A stretch of DNA of 64,000 bases from Mobula hypostoma (lineage: Eukaryota), in NCBI RefSeq assembly GCF_963921235.1, contig NC_086097.1, positions 81,284,001-81,348,000 on the forward strand. The letters run 5' to 3'. The notes under the pieces were generated by a model, which saw nothing but the letters and a program-made list of their open reading frames with translations, did no database searches and had not been told where the DNA came from. Of this stretch, positions 1-12,780 are shown one piece after another. Position 1 is the first letter of the stretch, and each line of letters starts with the position of its first letter. Both the position numbers and the translations under genes were made by a program.

Positions 1-975
1 TATCCCTTGAAAACCATGGCTCTCTCAAACATTTAACCTTTCCTTTCAACCTAACAAGAACATAAAGATTCTGTACCCTCAAAATTTCACCTTTAAATGA
101 CCTCTATTTCTCTATTACATCCTTCCTATAAAACAAATTGTCCCAATCCACTCCTTCTAAATCCTTTCACATCTCCTTAAAGTTAGTCCTTCTCCAATCA
201 TAAATCTCAACCCTGGTTGCAGAGCTATCCTCCTCCATAATTATATTGAAACTAATGGCATTGTGATCACTGGACCCGAAGTGCTCCCCAACACAAATCT
301 CCGTCACCTGACCTATCTCATTCCCTAACAGGAGATCCAACATTGCCCCTTCTCTAGTTGGTACTTCTATGCATTGCTGCAAAAAAACTATCCTGCACAC
401 ATTTTACAAACTCCAAACCATCCAGCCCTTTTACAGAATGGGCTTCCCAGTCTATGTGTGGAAAATTAAAATCTCCCACAATCACAACCTTGTGCTTACT
501 ATAAATATCTGCTATCTCCTTACAAATTTGCTCCTCCAATTCTCGCTCCCCATTTGGTGGTCTATAATACACCCCTATAAGTGTTACTACACCTTTCCCA
601 TTCCTCAATTCCACCCAAATAGTCTCTCTAGATGAGCCCTCTAATCTATCCTGCCAGAGCACCACTATAAAATTATCCCTGACAAGCAATGCAACACCTC
701 CCCCTCTTGTCCCTCCGATTCTATCACACCTGAAGCAATGAAATCCAGGAATATTTAGTTGCCAATCACACCCCTCCTGCAACCATGTTTCACTAATAGC
801 TACAACATCATACTTCCAGGTATCAATCCATGCTCTAAGCTCATCCACCTTTCTTACAATGCTCCTAGCATTAAAATAAATGCATTTAAGAAATTTTCCA
901 CCTCTTTCTCTCTGTTTATTACTAACCGTGCAAACAACTTTCCTATCTCCTTTTTCTTCCTTCTCCCATACATCT
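1..975 (-). mobile_element. CR1-clade LINE, ORF2 apurinic endonuclease region (frameshifted)
   Basis: ORFs 354..848 and 167..400 encode APE motifs (DVVAISETWL, GGGVALLVR, GVYYRPPN, VGDFNFP, SSDHNAI). The element runs off the window edge. Confidence 0.9.
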
Positions 976-2105
976 TACACTTTATACTTTATTATCGGCA
1001 AACAATTGATACTAGAACGTACAATCATCACAGCGATATTTGATTCTGCGCTTCCCGCTCCCTGGATTACAAATTGATAGTAAATATTAAAATTTAAATT
1101 ATAAAAATGTTAAGTAAGGTAGTGCAAAAAAAACCGAGAGGCAGGTCCGGATATTTGGAGGGTACGGCCCAGATCTGGGTCAGGATCCGTTCAGCAGTCT
1201 TATCACAGTTGGAAAGAAGCTGTTCCCAAATCTGGCTGTACAAATCTTCAAGCTCCTGAGCCTTCTCACTGGGGGAAGAGGGATGAAAAGTGTGTTGGCT
1301 GGGTGGGTCGTGTCCTTGATTATCTTGGCAGCATTGCTCCAACATTGTGCAGTGTAAAGTGAGTCCAAGGACAGAAGATTGGTTTTTGTGATGTGCTGCG
1401 CCATGTTCACGATCTTCTGCAGCTTCTTCCAGTCTTGGACAGGACAACTTCCATACCAGGTTGCGATACACCCTAGAAGAATGCTTTCTATGGCGCATCT
1501 ATAAAATTTAGTGAGGGTTTTAGGGGACAGGCCAAATTTCTTTACTGTTCTCAGGAAGTAAAGGTGCCGGTGGGCCTTCTTGGCAGTGAACTCTGCTTGG
1601 TTGGACCAAGTCAGGTCATTTGTGATATTGACCCCGAGGAACTTAAAGCTTTTGGCCTGTTTCACTTGCGCACCACCAATGTAAATTGGGTCGTGCGGTC
1701 CGCTACTCCTTCTGAAGTCAACAACCAATTCCTTCGTCTTGCTGACGTTGAGGGATAGGTTATTGTCTTCGCACCATGCCACCAGGTTCTTAATTTCCTC
1801 TCTGTACTCAAACTTATCATTACACGAGATATGGCCGACAATTGTGGTGTCATCAGCAAACTTATATATTGAGTTTGATGGAAACTTGGCTACACAATCA
1901 TGGGTGTACAGTGAGTACAGCAGGGGGCTGAATACACAGCCTTGTGGGGCACCGATGCTCAGAGTGATTGTAGAGGAGAGCTTGTCCCCTATTTTTACAG
2001 CCTGGGTCCTGTCTATGAGGAAGTTGAAGATCCAGCTGCAGATCTGAGTGCTAAGGCCCAGGTTCCGGAGCTTAGGAATCAGTTTATTTGGAATGATGGT
2101 ATGAA
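976..2105 (-). mobile_element. Rex1/Babar-type LINE, 5'-truncated RT C-terminal part, inserted into the CR1
   Basis: ORF 1180..2109 has [40 protein letters not shown] and FLGVNIT. CR1 sequence resumes on the other side. Confidence 0.88.
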
Positions 2106-2520
2106 ACATCTGTTCCTACACTCTGGTTCCCCTCCCCCCTTGTATCTAGTTTAAATCCACTGGAGCCTCTCTAGCAAACCTACCTGCAAGAATATTTGTC
2201 CCCCTCCAGTTCAGATGTAAACCATCCCGCCGGAACAGGTTCTACCTTCCCTGGAAAACTGCCCAACTATCTATAAATCTGAAGCCCTCCCTCCTGCACT
2301 ATGTCTTCAGTCACGTGTTGATCTGCGCTATCTTACTACTTCTAAACCCGCCTGCACGTGGCACTGGTAGCAATCCTGAGATTGCTATCCTGGAGGTCCT
2401 GTCCTTTAACTTGGTGCCTAACTCCCTGAACTCGCCTTTCAGGACCTTCTCACTCTCCCTACCCACGTCATTGGTCCCTACATGGACCACGACATCTGGC
2501 TGCTGAACTACCCTACTATT
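2106..2520 (-). mobile_element. CR1 LINE continuation, ORF1 esterase (SGNH-like) region
   Basis: ORF 2311..2544 QPDVVVHVGTNDVG...IAISGLLPVP is typical of CR1 ORF1. It is colinear with 1-975. Confidence 0.8.
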
Positions 2521-2857
2521 AAGGACTCTCATCACCCAAGACATGCCCTCTTCTCATTGCTACCATCAGGAAGGAGGTACAGAAGCCTGAGGCACACACT
2601 CAATAATTCAGGAACAGCTTCCTCCCCTCTGCCATATGATTCCTAAATGGACACTGAACCCATGAACACAACCTCACTTTTTTATATTATTTCTGTTTAG
2701 CACTCTATTTAACCTAACTACTTAATGTACATATATACTTACTGCTATTGATTTACTTGATTCTTTTCTTTCTATATTATCGTGTATTGGATTGTACTGC
2801 TGCCGCTAAGTACCAAATTTCAAGAGACATGTTAGTGCTAATAAACCTGATTCTGAT
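2521..2857 (+). mobile_element. Rex1-type LINE 3' end
   Basis: HALFSLLPSGRRY-like remnant and a tail aataaacctgattctgat that recurs at ~33880-33900. Confidence 0.65.
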
Positions 2858-2879
2858 ATTCGAGTACTCTAGAAATGAA

Positions 2880-4600
2880 TGCTAAAATTGCATTGCCTTT
2901 CTTATCACCAATTCACTTTGCAAGTTAACTTTCAGGAACTTCTGAACAAGGACTTCCAAGTGCTTTTGCACCACTGATTTCTTAACTTTCTCCCCATTTA
3001 GAAAAATAGTTTGCACCTTTATTCCTTCTTTCCAAAATGCATAACTATACACTTCCCAACATTATATTACACCTGCCACTTCTTTACCTATTCTGCTAAT
3101 CTGTCTCAGACCTTCTGCAGACTCCCTGCTTCCTCAACACTACCTGCCACTCCAGCTAAATTTGCCTTGTATCGTCTGCAAATGAGGCCACAAGGACCTC
3201 AATTTCATCATCCAAATCATTGACAGATAATGTGAAAAGAAGAGCTCACTACATCGACCCCGTGAAACAACACTATTTACAGGCAGCAGCCAAACAGAAA
3301 AGACCCCCTTTATTCCCACTCTTTGCCTCCAGCAAGTCAGCCAATACTCTATCTTTGCTGGTATCTTTCCGGTAATACCATAGGCCCTTATTTGTTTAGT
3401 GGTCTCATGTGCGGCACCTTGTCAACAACCTTCTGAAAATCCAGGAATACAACATCCGCTGACTCTCCTTTGTCTATCCTGTCTATTATTTGCTCAAAGA
3501 ATTCCAACATATTTGTCAGGCAAGATTTCCTCTTAATGAAGCCATGCTGACTTTGGCCTATTTTGTCATGTGCCTCCACGTATCCTGAAACCTCATCCTT
3601 AATAATGGCCTTCAACATCTTCTCAACCACTGAAGTTGGGCTAACTGGATTATAATTTTCTTTCAACACACACACAAAATGCTGGTGGAACACAGCAAGC
3701 CAGGCAGCATCTGTGTTCCACCAGCATTTTGTGTGTGTTGCTTGAATTTCCAGCATCTGCAGATTTCCTCGTGTTTGCGTTTATAATTTTCTTTCTTCTG
3801 CCTCCCTCCCTTCTTAAAGGATGAAATGACATTTGTAATGTTCCACTCCTCCGGAACCATGCCAGAATCTAGTGATTCTTGAAAGATCATTACTAATGCC
3901 TCCACAATCTCTTCAGCTACATTTTTCAGAACCCTGGGGTGTAGTCCATCTAGTATAGGTGACTTATCTACCTTCAGACCTTTCAGTTTCCCAAGGACTT
4001 TCTCCCTGGTAATAGCAATTACACTGACTTCTGCCCTCTGACACTATTGAATTCTTACATACTGCTGTTGTCTTCCACACTGAAGACTGACACAAAATAC
4101 TTAATGACTTCTTCCAGATTTTCTTTGTCTCCCATTACTACCTCTTCCACATTATTTTCCACTGCTCTGATAGCCACTCTCACCTCTCTTTTACTTTTCA
4201 TTTATCTGAAAAAAAATTTTTTGGAATTCTCTTGTATATTATTGGCTCAGATTTAATCTTTTCTCTCCTTATGGCTTTTTTCGTTGGCTTCTGTTGGTTT
4301 TTGAAAGCTTCCCAATCCTCGAACTTCCCAATTATTTTGCTATATTATATGCCTTCGCTTTTGCTTTTATACTGTCTTTGACTTCCCTTGTCAGCCACGG
4401 TTGCATCTTCTCTGATTAGAATACTACTTCTTGGGGTTGTACTTATCCTGCAACTTCCAAATTTCTCCCAGAAACTCTAGTCTCTCTGTTCTGCCGTCAT
4501 TCCTGCTACTTCATCTTCCAATCAGCTTTGTCCATTCCTTCTCTCATGCTTCTGTAATTCCCTTTACTCTACTGTAATATTGAGACATCTGATTTCAGCT
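2880..4600 (-). mobile_element. Degenerate CR1 LINE, ORF2 RT region
   Basis: ORFs 3388..3756 and 3663..3905 carry QSQHGF..KSCLTN, DVVFLDFQK..DKVPH and SLDSGMVPEEW. It is interrupted by a mini-Penelope at 3665-3780. Confidence 0.82.
3665..3780 (+). mobile_element. 116-bp fold-back Penelope-like fragment
   Basis: Penelope terminal sequence (...gcttgaatttccagcatctgcagatt...) is preceded by an inverted copy, with 28-bp arms at 3668-3695 and 3711-3738. It is flanked by 15-bp TSD ttataattttctttc (3650-3664, 3781-3795). Confidence 0.85.
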
Positions 4601-5384
4601 TCAAAAGCTAAGTATTGCCTGTAATGGACTGAGCTACAACTGATGCAAAACAGCTAATTTTCAGAGCATTTATATGCTGTGTATCCATGCCTATGACAAC
4701 GAACTTGGCAATGCTAATAACCTCTGAAATGCCTTTGGCTGCAATGAACCAAAATATTTTTTCCCAGTTATGGCTGTCCTTAAAAATTAAATTTTATCCT
4801 CCACGTCTTTATAATCAGATGCAGCCCATGAATTCCCACCAATAAGCCAAAGGCAAAACCAAACCTTTTGCAGAATGGATCAAACAAGGCTATGTCATTG
4901 CATCAATGCTCAATCTGTTGGTTGCAATATTCGACTTCAACTTCAACAATCATACTGCTGGAGTAGAGTTAACCTACAGGTCAAGCAAGAAACTTCAAAA
5001 CCATTACTTAAGAATCATGGCCACTCGACAGTTGTCACAGCATACCAAAGACATTAATAGTATTTGACATTATTCGATTCCTTTGCTGATGTTTACAAGT
5101 GGTTGGTCCTTACACTAAACAGCTGATGACAAAAGGTCCTTCACTATTAACCTGTCTCCAACACAGAAAAGACCACTGGATTATTAGAGGATGAATATCC
5201 TTATTTTTGCTCACTCTGCATATTCTCTGTAGTCATAATGGACAGAATCTACCCTTAACTCCTGTGTTCCAACACAGGGGAATATTCAGAGGCCCTAATC
5301 ACAAAACTGGTACCAAGTTCATGGTTGACAGTGTAGCATTGACACTTGCCCACTGTGTGCATTGGAAAAATGAACAGTGCTTCT

Positions 5385-5486
5385 TCAAAACCCACCGAAT
5401 CCAGCAGTAGAACAAGCGAACCAATGTGGATGTCCATTTTCGAACAGTTCCCAGCAACGAGGTTCCGCACCATTCTGCTCAATGAT
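5385..5486 (-). CDS. Candidate terminal coding exon of unidentified host gene (IIEQNGAEPRCWELFENGHPHWFACSTAGFGGF*)
   Basis: Minus-strand acceptor ...tttcttaagtcttactctag|ATC, a phase-0 open frame of 33 codons then TGA. The sequence is non-repetitive, locally CpG-rich against an AT-rich background, and protein-like. Confidence 0.55.
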   Translation of the reverse strand: MIEQNGAEPRCWELFENGHPHWFACSTAGFGGF

Positions 5487-5576
5487 CTAGAGTAAGACTT
5501 AAGAAACCAATGCAGAATAAGCTATTAAACCCCTTTTGACTGCTTTACCATTCATAGCTGAATCATGATGGATCTA

Positions 5577-6114
5577 CACAGTGGCTACTTTATTAGGTAC
5601 ACCTGCCTGTTAATGCAAAGACCTTAATCAGCCAATCATGTGGCAGGAACTCAATGCACCAAAGCACACATTAATAGTCAAGAGGTTCAGTTGTTGTTCA
5701 GAACAAACATTAAAATAGGGAAGAAATGAGATCTAAATGACTTTGACTGTGACATAATTGTTGGTGCCAGATGTGGTGGTTTTATTATCTCAGAAACTGC
5801 TGATCTCCTGGGATTTTTATGTAGAACAGTCTCTAGAGTTCACTGAGAATGGTGTGAAGAACAGAGAGACTTCCAGTAAGCAGCAGTTATGTGAGGAAAA
5901 TCACCTTGTTAATGAGAGAAGTCAGAAGAGAATGACTAGACTGGTTCATGCTGACAGGAAGGCGACAAAACTCAAATAACCACACGTTACAACAGTGGTG
6001 TACAGAACAGCATCACTGAACATATAACACATCAAAACTTGAAGTGGTTGGGCTACAGCAGCAGAAGACCACACCAGGTTCCACTCCTGTACCTAATAAA
6101 GTGACCACTGAGTG
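5577..6114. mobile_element. Tc1/mariner-type non-autonomous element (MITE)
   Basis: TIRs cacagtggctactttattaggtaca ... tgtacctaataaagtgaccactgagtg with TA flanks. Same family as 55648-56157. Confidence 0.8.
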
Positions 6115-7601
6115 TACATACTTATATATTCCCAAGAGCCCTGAGCTTACTTCCACGCAGATACTTCTTATTCATGCTTATCTACACTCACTATCCAATA
6201 TATTCAACTGTGTGACAATGATATCCATTAACTTCCATAAGATAACATGGAATCAGCACAATGGATCAATCACAGAATTTTATCTCCAGTAGGCCTTTCA
6301 AAGGAATACGCAGTAACTCATTGCTTCCTACATTTAATGATGAATTGTAACAGAATTTCAGAAGTGAAGATCAATGTGCATTATTTTATGAATCATGCAT
6401 TCAGACCAGGCAACAAAATCAATTTCTCTCGTACATGTTTTATTCCTCACCAGTATAACCATCCACCACATATCAATTCTGAATTCTGTCCTCACTGTTT
6501 TCTGACAAAATACCGCAAAAGACCTAAATCCTTTGAGCGTATTGACTCTCCCTATCTCTGGACCTTGGCATTAATTTTACAGTGGTCAACTGTCCTGCAC
6601 TTTTTCTCTCACTTCTTTACAGTTCCAATTAAATACTTACTTTTCACTACACCCAAAGTTGAAATGTCTTCTTTTAATCTAACCAAATTGTTTCCAGGAA
6701 CTTAAAATTGTGAACTAAGTTATATTTTATTACAATTCGAGGCGATAGTCACAACAATGTTTCAGACTCTTCTCACAGATTACCATCCCAAACCCCCAAG
6801 CACGGCGCCCAATGTTTCCAATATTGGGCGGCACAGTGATGCGCCTCACAGCTCTAGGGTCATTTGCCTGGAGTATGTACCTCCCTGTGACCTTGTGAGA
6901 TTTTGAAAGCTCCTGGATTTGGTAAAGTGGTTTATTATTGTCACATGTACCGAGATACAGTGGAAAAACTTGAATCGCATATCGTCCATACAGAACAATT
7001 CGTTAGGTAGTACAAGGTAAAACAATAGCAGAATGCAAAATGAAGTGTAACAGCTACAGAGAAAGTACAGTGTAGGGACACGGTAAAGTGCAAGTTCCAT
7101 GTTACATCTTCAATGTATCAGGGATAAACCAAAAGAATTACACTGCCAATACAAAGAAAAAATGTACACAAACATGATATTACTAATGCTCCAAATGATT
7201 AAAGAAACAGCAAAAAGATACAACATTAGGCTAAAATTGTGTGAAAACCTAGAAGGCACTTGGAAAGAGATTTATATTTTCTTTAGCCAGGATAGGTAGG
7301 ATACTGATACAAATTCTCACCTCAGAAGGTCAAAGGATCAGAAGGAAGCCAAGAAAAGGTTATAACCATTAATATAAAAAGCAAAGATGATAAATCAAGT
7401 AAGTGTGTACTTGATAGTTTGACATCAATTATAGTGTAAGTATTAATACAGCTCTGAAGGAGCCATCAATGGGTTCTCCATAGAACTGTGGACTGATATC
7501 AATAATGATGTACAATAGGAAAGCATCTTTGATCATTGTTTGGAATTACTTGAAAGAATACCTTTTTTGAAGACACTGAGAAACTCAGTGAACAGACACA
7601 A

Positions 7602-7815
7602 TTTTGAGCAGTGGCCAATCTGAAGTGTGAGACGACGTAGCTCACTCAAGTTCGCCAATTGAGTACAAAAGGCATCGATTCACGGCAGTTTGGTGTTTTG
7701 AGCAGCGGCTAATCGGTGATCCGAAGTGTGAGAAGATGTAGCTCACTCAGGTTCCTCAATTGAGTACATAAGGCTTCAATTTGCAACAGTTTGGTGTTTT
7801 GAGCAGTGGCCAATC
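7602..7815 (+). repeat. ~95-100-bp tandem units in the CR1 5' region
   Basis: Units begin tttgagcagtggccaatc at ~7602, ~7697 and ~7798, with shared internal gaagtgtgaga...gtagctcactca...aattgagtaca. Confidence 0.75.
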
Positions 7816-8256
7816 AGCAATCAGGATTGGTCGGCAAGAACAAAATAAAGTAGGGGCAAACAGAGTGGCTATCGTTGGAACAACCTTTGTTGGATGGACA
7901 CTGTTAGAGCAGGGTGTTTGAAGCTTTAGTTCTTTGAAACTTCAGCGAAGAGATGCTTGTGTAAATGAAGGGAAAATGTTGTAGGTAGATTTTCTTTACT
8001 CCCCACTTTATTTATTGCTTCCTTCTTTATACTTGCATAGTTAAAACAGTAGAGATGTCAGCCAGGATAGTGGAATGGTCCCCTTGCGGGATGTGGGAAG
8101 GCAGGGAGACCTCCAATGCCCCTGACAACTACAACTGTGAGAAGTACATCCAGCTGGAGCTTCTAACACTTTGCATTAAGGAGTTGTATCTGGAACTAGA
8201 TAAACTCTGGATCATTCAAGAGGCTGAGGGGTGATAAATAGGACATATATAGAGAT

Positions 8257-8292
8257 AGTCCTGACGAAGGGTCTCGGCCTGAAACGTCGACT
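8257..8292 (+). ncRNA. Minimal type-I hammerhead ribozyme motif
   Basis: agtc-CTGACGA-agg(gtctcgg)cct-GAAA-cgtc-gact: catalytic core, stem II, palindromic ACGT stem III, GUC site and 4-bp stem I. Confidence 0.7.
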
Positions 8293-8391
8293 GCACCTCT
8301 TCCTAGAGATGCTGCCTGGCCTGCTGCGTTCACCAGCAACTTTGATGTGTGTTGCTTGAATTTCCAGCATCTGCAGAATTCCTGTTGTTTG
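8260..8391 (+). mobile_element. 132-bp 5'-truncated Penelope-like terminal fragment inserted in CR1 ORF1
   Basis: Nearly identical to the terminus of the large element at 60885-61021 (reverse complement). Perfect 16-bp TSD catatatagagatagt (8244-8259, 8392-8407). Confidence 0.88.
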
Positions 8392-11300
8392 CATATATAG
8401 AGATAGTTACACCCAAGGTGAAGGACATGAGACTGTGTGACAGTCAGGAAGGGGAAAGGAGTTAAACAGCCAGAGAAGAGTACCCCTGTGACCATCTCTC
8501 TCAACAAAAGGATACTGTTGGGGGCGAAGGGGTGGTGTAGCAGACGAAAGCCACAGTGGTCGGGTCTCTGGCACTGAATCTGGCTTTGTGACTAAGAAGG
8601 GAAGAAGGGAGAAGAATCGAGTTCTGGTGGTAGGGAATTCATTAGTTAGGGGAACAGAAAGGAGGATCTGTGAACAAGAACAAGATTCCCAGATGATATG
8701 TTGCCTCTTGGATACCAGGGTCTGGGCCATCTCGAATTGAGTCCACAGCACTCTAAGTGGGAGGGTGAGCAGCCAGAGGTCATGTAGGTACCAATGATAT
8801 AGTTAAGAAGAGTGATGAGGCTCTGAAAAGTGAGTTTGGGGGATTAGGTGCTAAATTCAAGGACAGGACCTCCAGGGTTTGATCTCGGCATTGTTACCTG
8901 TGCCATGTGCTAATGAGGCAAGAAATAGGAAGATCATACAGTTTAATACATGGCTAAGGAGTTGGTGTAGGAGGGAAAGTGTCATACTTTTGGATCACTG
9001 GGCTCTTCCAGGGAAGGTGGGACCTGTACAGAAGAGACTATTTACATCTGAAGTACAAGGAGATTAATATACTCGCAGGATGGTTTGCTAGTGCAGCATA
9101 GGGGGTGTAAACTAGAGTTGTCGGGGAATGGGAACCAGAGTGCCAGAAGAGATAGTGGTGAGGTTGTGGAGACAAATGTTGTTAAGACCTCAGACAAAGT
9201 CAGGAAACAAAAGGTTGAGTACGGTGTGGCTAATGTCCAGAGCTGCGTATATTTCAATGTAAGTAGTATTGTAGGAAAGGCAGATAAGCTCAGGGCATGG
9301 ATCAACACCTGTAAATTCTATATTGTAGCCATTATTGAGACTTGGTTGCAGGAGGGGTTGGACCTGCAGCTCAATATTCCGGGATTCCATAGTTATAGTA
9401 GGTGATTTTAACTTTCCACATATTGACTGGGACTCCCATAATGTAAAAGGGTTAGATGGGATAGAGTTTCTCAAATGTCTTCAGGAGGGTTTCCTTAATC
9501 AGTACATAGAATTCCCGGCAAGGGAGTGTGTCATGATTGATCTTTTATTAGGGAATGAGACAAGGCAGGTGACCGAAATTTCTGTAGGGGAACACTTTAC
9601 ACCTAGTGATCAAAATGCCATTAGTTTTCAAAGCAAGTACGGCAAAAAATAGGTCTGGTCCACAGGTTGAGATTCTAAATTGGAAAAAGGCCAATTTTGA
9701 TGGTATTAGAAAGGATATGGCAAGTGTGGACTGGGATAGGCTGTTTTCTGACAAAGATGTACTTGCTAAGTTGGAGGCCTTCAAAAGTGAAATTTTGAGA
9801 GTATATGTGGCTGACAGAGTAAAAGGTAAAGAAAGCAGGTTTAAGGAATCTTGGTTTTCAATAGATATTGAGACCCTGGTTAAGAAAACAAAGAAGGTGC
9901 ATAGCAGGTATAGGTAGATAGGAAGGAGCAAATGAGGTACTAATGGAGGATATGAATTCTTAGGAAAGAAATCCAGAGAGCTAAAAGAAGGCATTAGATT
10001 GCCCTAGCAGACAAGGTGAAGGAGAATCTCAGGGATTTTACAGATATTTTCGGAGCAAAAGATTTGGAAGGGACAAAAATTGTCCTCAGGAGGTGTTAAC
10101 TGTCTTGAAGCAAACTAGAGTGGAAAAATGCCCAGGACTTGACAAGGTGTACCCTCAGATCCTGTGGGAGAAAGTGCAGAAATTGCAGGGGTCCTAGAAA
10201 AGATATTTAAATTATCCTTAGCGGCAGGTGAAGTACTGGAGGATTGGATGACAGCTAATGTTGTTCTACTGTTTAAGAAAGGCACTAAAAAAAACCCAGG
10301 AAATTATAGGCTGTTGATTATGACATCAGTAAAAGGAGATTGGTCAAGAAGGTTCAGTTGCTTGGCATTCAAGATGAGGTAGCAAATTGGATTAAACATT
10401 GGCTTTGTCAGTGAAACCAGAGAGTGGTAGTAGATGGTTGCCTCTCTGAATGGAGGCCTGTGACCAGTGGAGTGCCACAAGGATTGGTGCTGGGTCCATC
10501 GTTGTTTGTCATCTATATGAACGATCTGGATGATTGAATGGTAGGACATTGAGGAATGCAGTAGAACAAAGTGATCTGGGAATACACGTTCATAATTCAT
10601 GGAAAGTGGTGGCAGTGTTCAATTGGGTCATTAAAGAAAGCTTTTGGCACATTGGCCTTCATATCAAAGTTTTGAGTACAGGAGATGGCATGTTATGTTG
10701 AAGTTGTATAAGACATCAGTGAGTCCTAATGTGGAGTATTGTGTGCAGCTTTGGTCACCTACCTACAGGAAAGATGTAAGCAAGGTTGAAAGAATGCAGA
10801 GAAAATTTATAAGGATGTTGCCCAATCTGGAAGACCTGAGTTATAAGTGAAGATTGAATAGGTTAGGCCTTTATTCCATAGAAAATAGAAGATTGAGGGG
10901 AGATTTGATAGAGGTATACAAAATTATGAGGGGTATAGATAGGGTAAGTGCAAGTAGGGTTTTTTTCACTGAGGCTGGGTGGGACTAGAACATGGGGTCA
11001 TGGGTTAAGGGTGAAAGGTGGAAAGTTTAAGGGCAACATGAGGGAAACTTCTTCACTCAAGAGCATCATGAGTGTGGAGCGAGCTGTCAGTGCAAGTGGT
11101 GCATGGAAGATCAATTGCAATGTTTAAGAGAATTTTGGAGAGGTACGTGGCTGGAGGGATATGGAGGGCTCTGGTCCCGATGCAAGCGATGGGAATAGGC
11201 AGTTTAAATGATTCAGCATAAACTAGATGGGCCAAAGGGTCTTTTCCTGTGCTGTACTTTTCTACGACTATTTAGATTGAAACAGCAATGCTTATATACT

Positions 11301-12149
11301 GTGGCATGTAGGAAATTGGCTAGTACAGCAAATGTGGAGGAAGAGAAAAAGCAACAGCCACACACAGCTAACATGAACTAGAAGAAACTAGTTGCTCAGA
11401 TACAGCCAGGGTATTTATCGGAAAGCCATTTGTTCTTTAGAGTGAAAATAAGTGACATGGAATTAGGACACAAAACAAACCAAATTTACAAGTGAGACTA
11501 TTTCAGCTGGATCATCAGATGAAGCCAGGCTCGCAAAAATAGCAAGAGCAGTACAGAGCACGAAGCTGAGTTACAAATCAGTAGCTGCGACTTCCCATTT
11601 ACAAATAAAGTGCCACAACTTTGGGAAAGGATACTGTTACTGTATACAGGAATCTAATGGACTAGTCAAGTCTCCAGACAACTTCTTTCATTCCTTCTGA
11701 AGCGTGGAACCTGGGAAGGAATCTAATTACAGGATTGAAATATATCAGCAGGAACATTCTCACCGATGCTGCAGCTTTGACGGTAGTGATCTTAATTCAG
11801 GTATTTTAAAATGTTAATTTTTAGGCCTACATGAAAAGATTTATGAATTACAAGGTACTTTATAAATTCAATCTCCTATTCATGCTTACATAATTAAAAC
11901 TGAACATGTCTATTTAGGCAGAAAAAAGGTATTTCAGGTCAATGGCTTTTTATCAAAATTTTTATCAGATGATTAGTCATTGAACCTGAAATACTATTTG
12001 TTTCTCTTGGCAGAAACAGAGTTTGCCAAGGTCTAGAAATTCTAAAGTATGGTTCAACTACTATCTACAATACCCAATAAAGCTTAAAAAATTACACTAT
12101 AAAGGACTTTACAAAAAATTCTTCTCAGTATGTGAATGTCACAAACAAC

Positions 12150-12420
12150 AAACATATTTGATAGCCATACTTAATTGCCACTGAACTAAGGCAGTTAAGA
12201 TTCAATGACACTGGTGTGTGGGCTAATTATTTGCCATACTGGGCAAAGTCATCAGATTTTCTACCCTTAAGACACTAGTTTTGAAAATGGAGTTTTCTGA
12301 CAATCTAGTAATTTCACTGTAACTGTTACAGGGGTCGACCATTCTCTTAAATTCCATATTTTGTTACTTGAATTTAATTCCACAACTGCCATGGTGGGAT
12401 TTGCCCTCATGTCTCCATAT
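12150..12420 (-). mobile_element. Degenerate Deu-domain SINE-like remnant
   Basis: Recalled resemblance (cagattttctacccttaagacactag; gaatttaattccacaactgccatggtgggatttg) to shark DeuSINEs. A forward-strand remnant is at ~45910-45980. Confidence 0.4.
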
Positions 12421-12590
12421 GAATGGCCAAGAACTCCTCTTCTTCCTTCCTTTGTTCTGGTGAAGGAAACTGAAACAACACCTGCTTCTCTTTCCACAGA
12501 TGATGCTTCTTGAGTGTTTTCAGTGTTTTATGTTTATAATAAGCACTTATTTTCTGTTTTGCACAATAAACCATTGGCATTATTTTCAGC

Positions 12591-12780
12591 GTAAACACAA
12601 GGAAATCTGCAGATGCTGGAATTCCAAGCAACACACGTAAAAATTGCTGGTGAACGCAGCAGGCCAGGCAGCATCTATAGGAAGAGGTAGTCGACATTGA
12701 GTCTTGGCCCGAAATGTCGACTGTACCTCTTCCTATAGATGCTGCCTGGCCTGCTGTGTTCACCATCAATTTTTATGGGT
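12591..12780 (-). mobile_element. 190-bp fold-back Penelope-like fragment
   Basis: Penelope terminus plus an inverted copy (arms ~12636-12698 and ~12713-12780). 12-bp TSD attattttcagc (12579-12590, 12781-12792). Confidence 0.85.

Larger units (their letters stand above)
7590..11270 (+). mobile_element. Near-full-span but internally deleted CR1 LINE (5'UTR repeats, ORF1, ORF2, tail)
   Basis: ORF1 esterase remnants lie at 8630-9080. EN motifs (ETWLQEG, VGDFNFPHIDW) lie at 9330-9650, and RT remnants (NPGNYR; YCVQLWSP) at 10160-10850. A typical 3' end is at ~11270. Confidence 0.85.

Noticed and set aside
5385..5387. TGA as possible selenocysteine
   Set aside because: The downstream frame is not protein-like and no SECIS was recognised.
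5255..5482. ORF-track 75-aa minus ORF as the gene product
   Set aside because: It starts at a non-ATG codon and overlaps the candidate terminal exon in another frame. The spliced phase-0 frame fits the acceptor and looks more protein-like.
6247..6705. 152-aa plus-strand ORF
   Set aside because: Composition is typical of AT-rich non-coding sequence; no recognisable motif or splice support.
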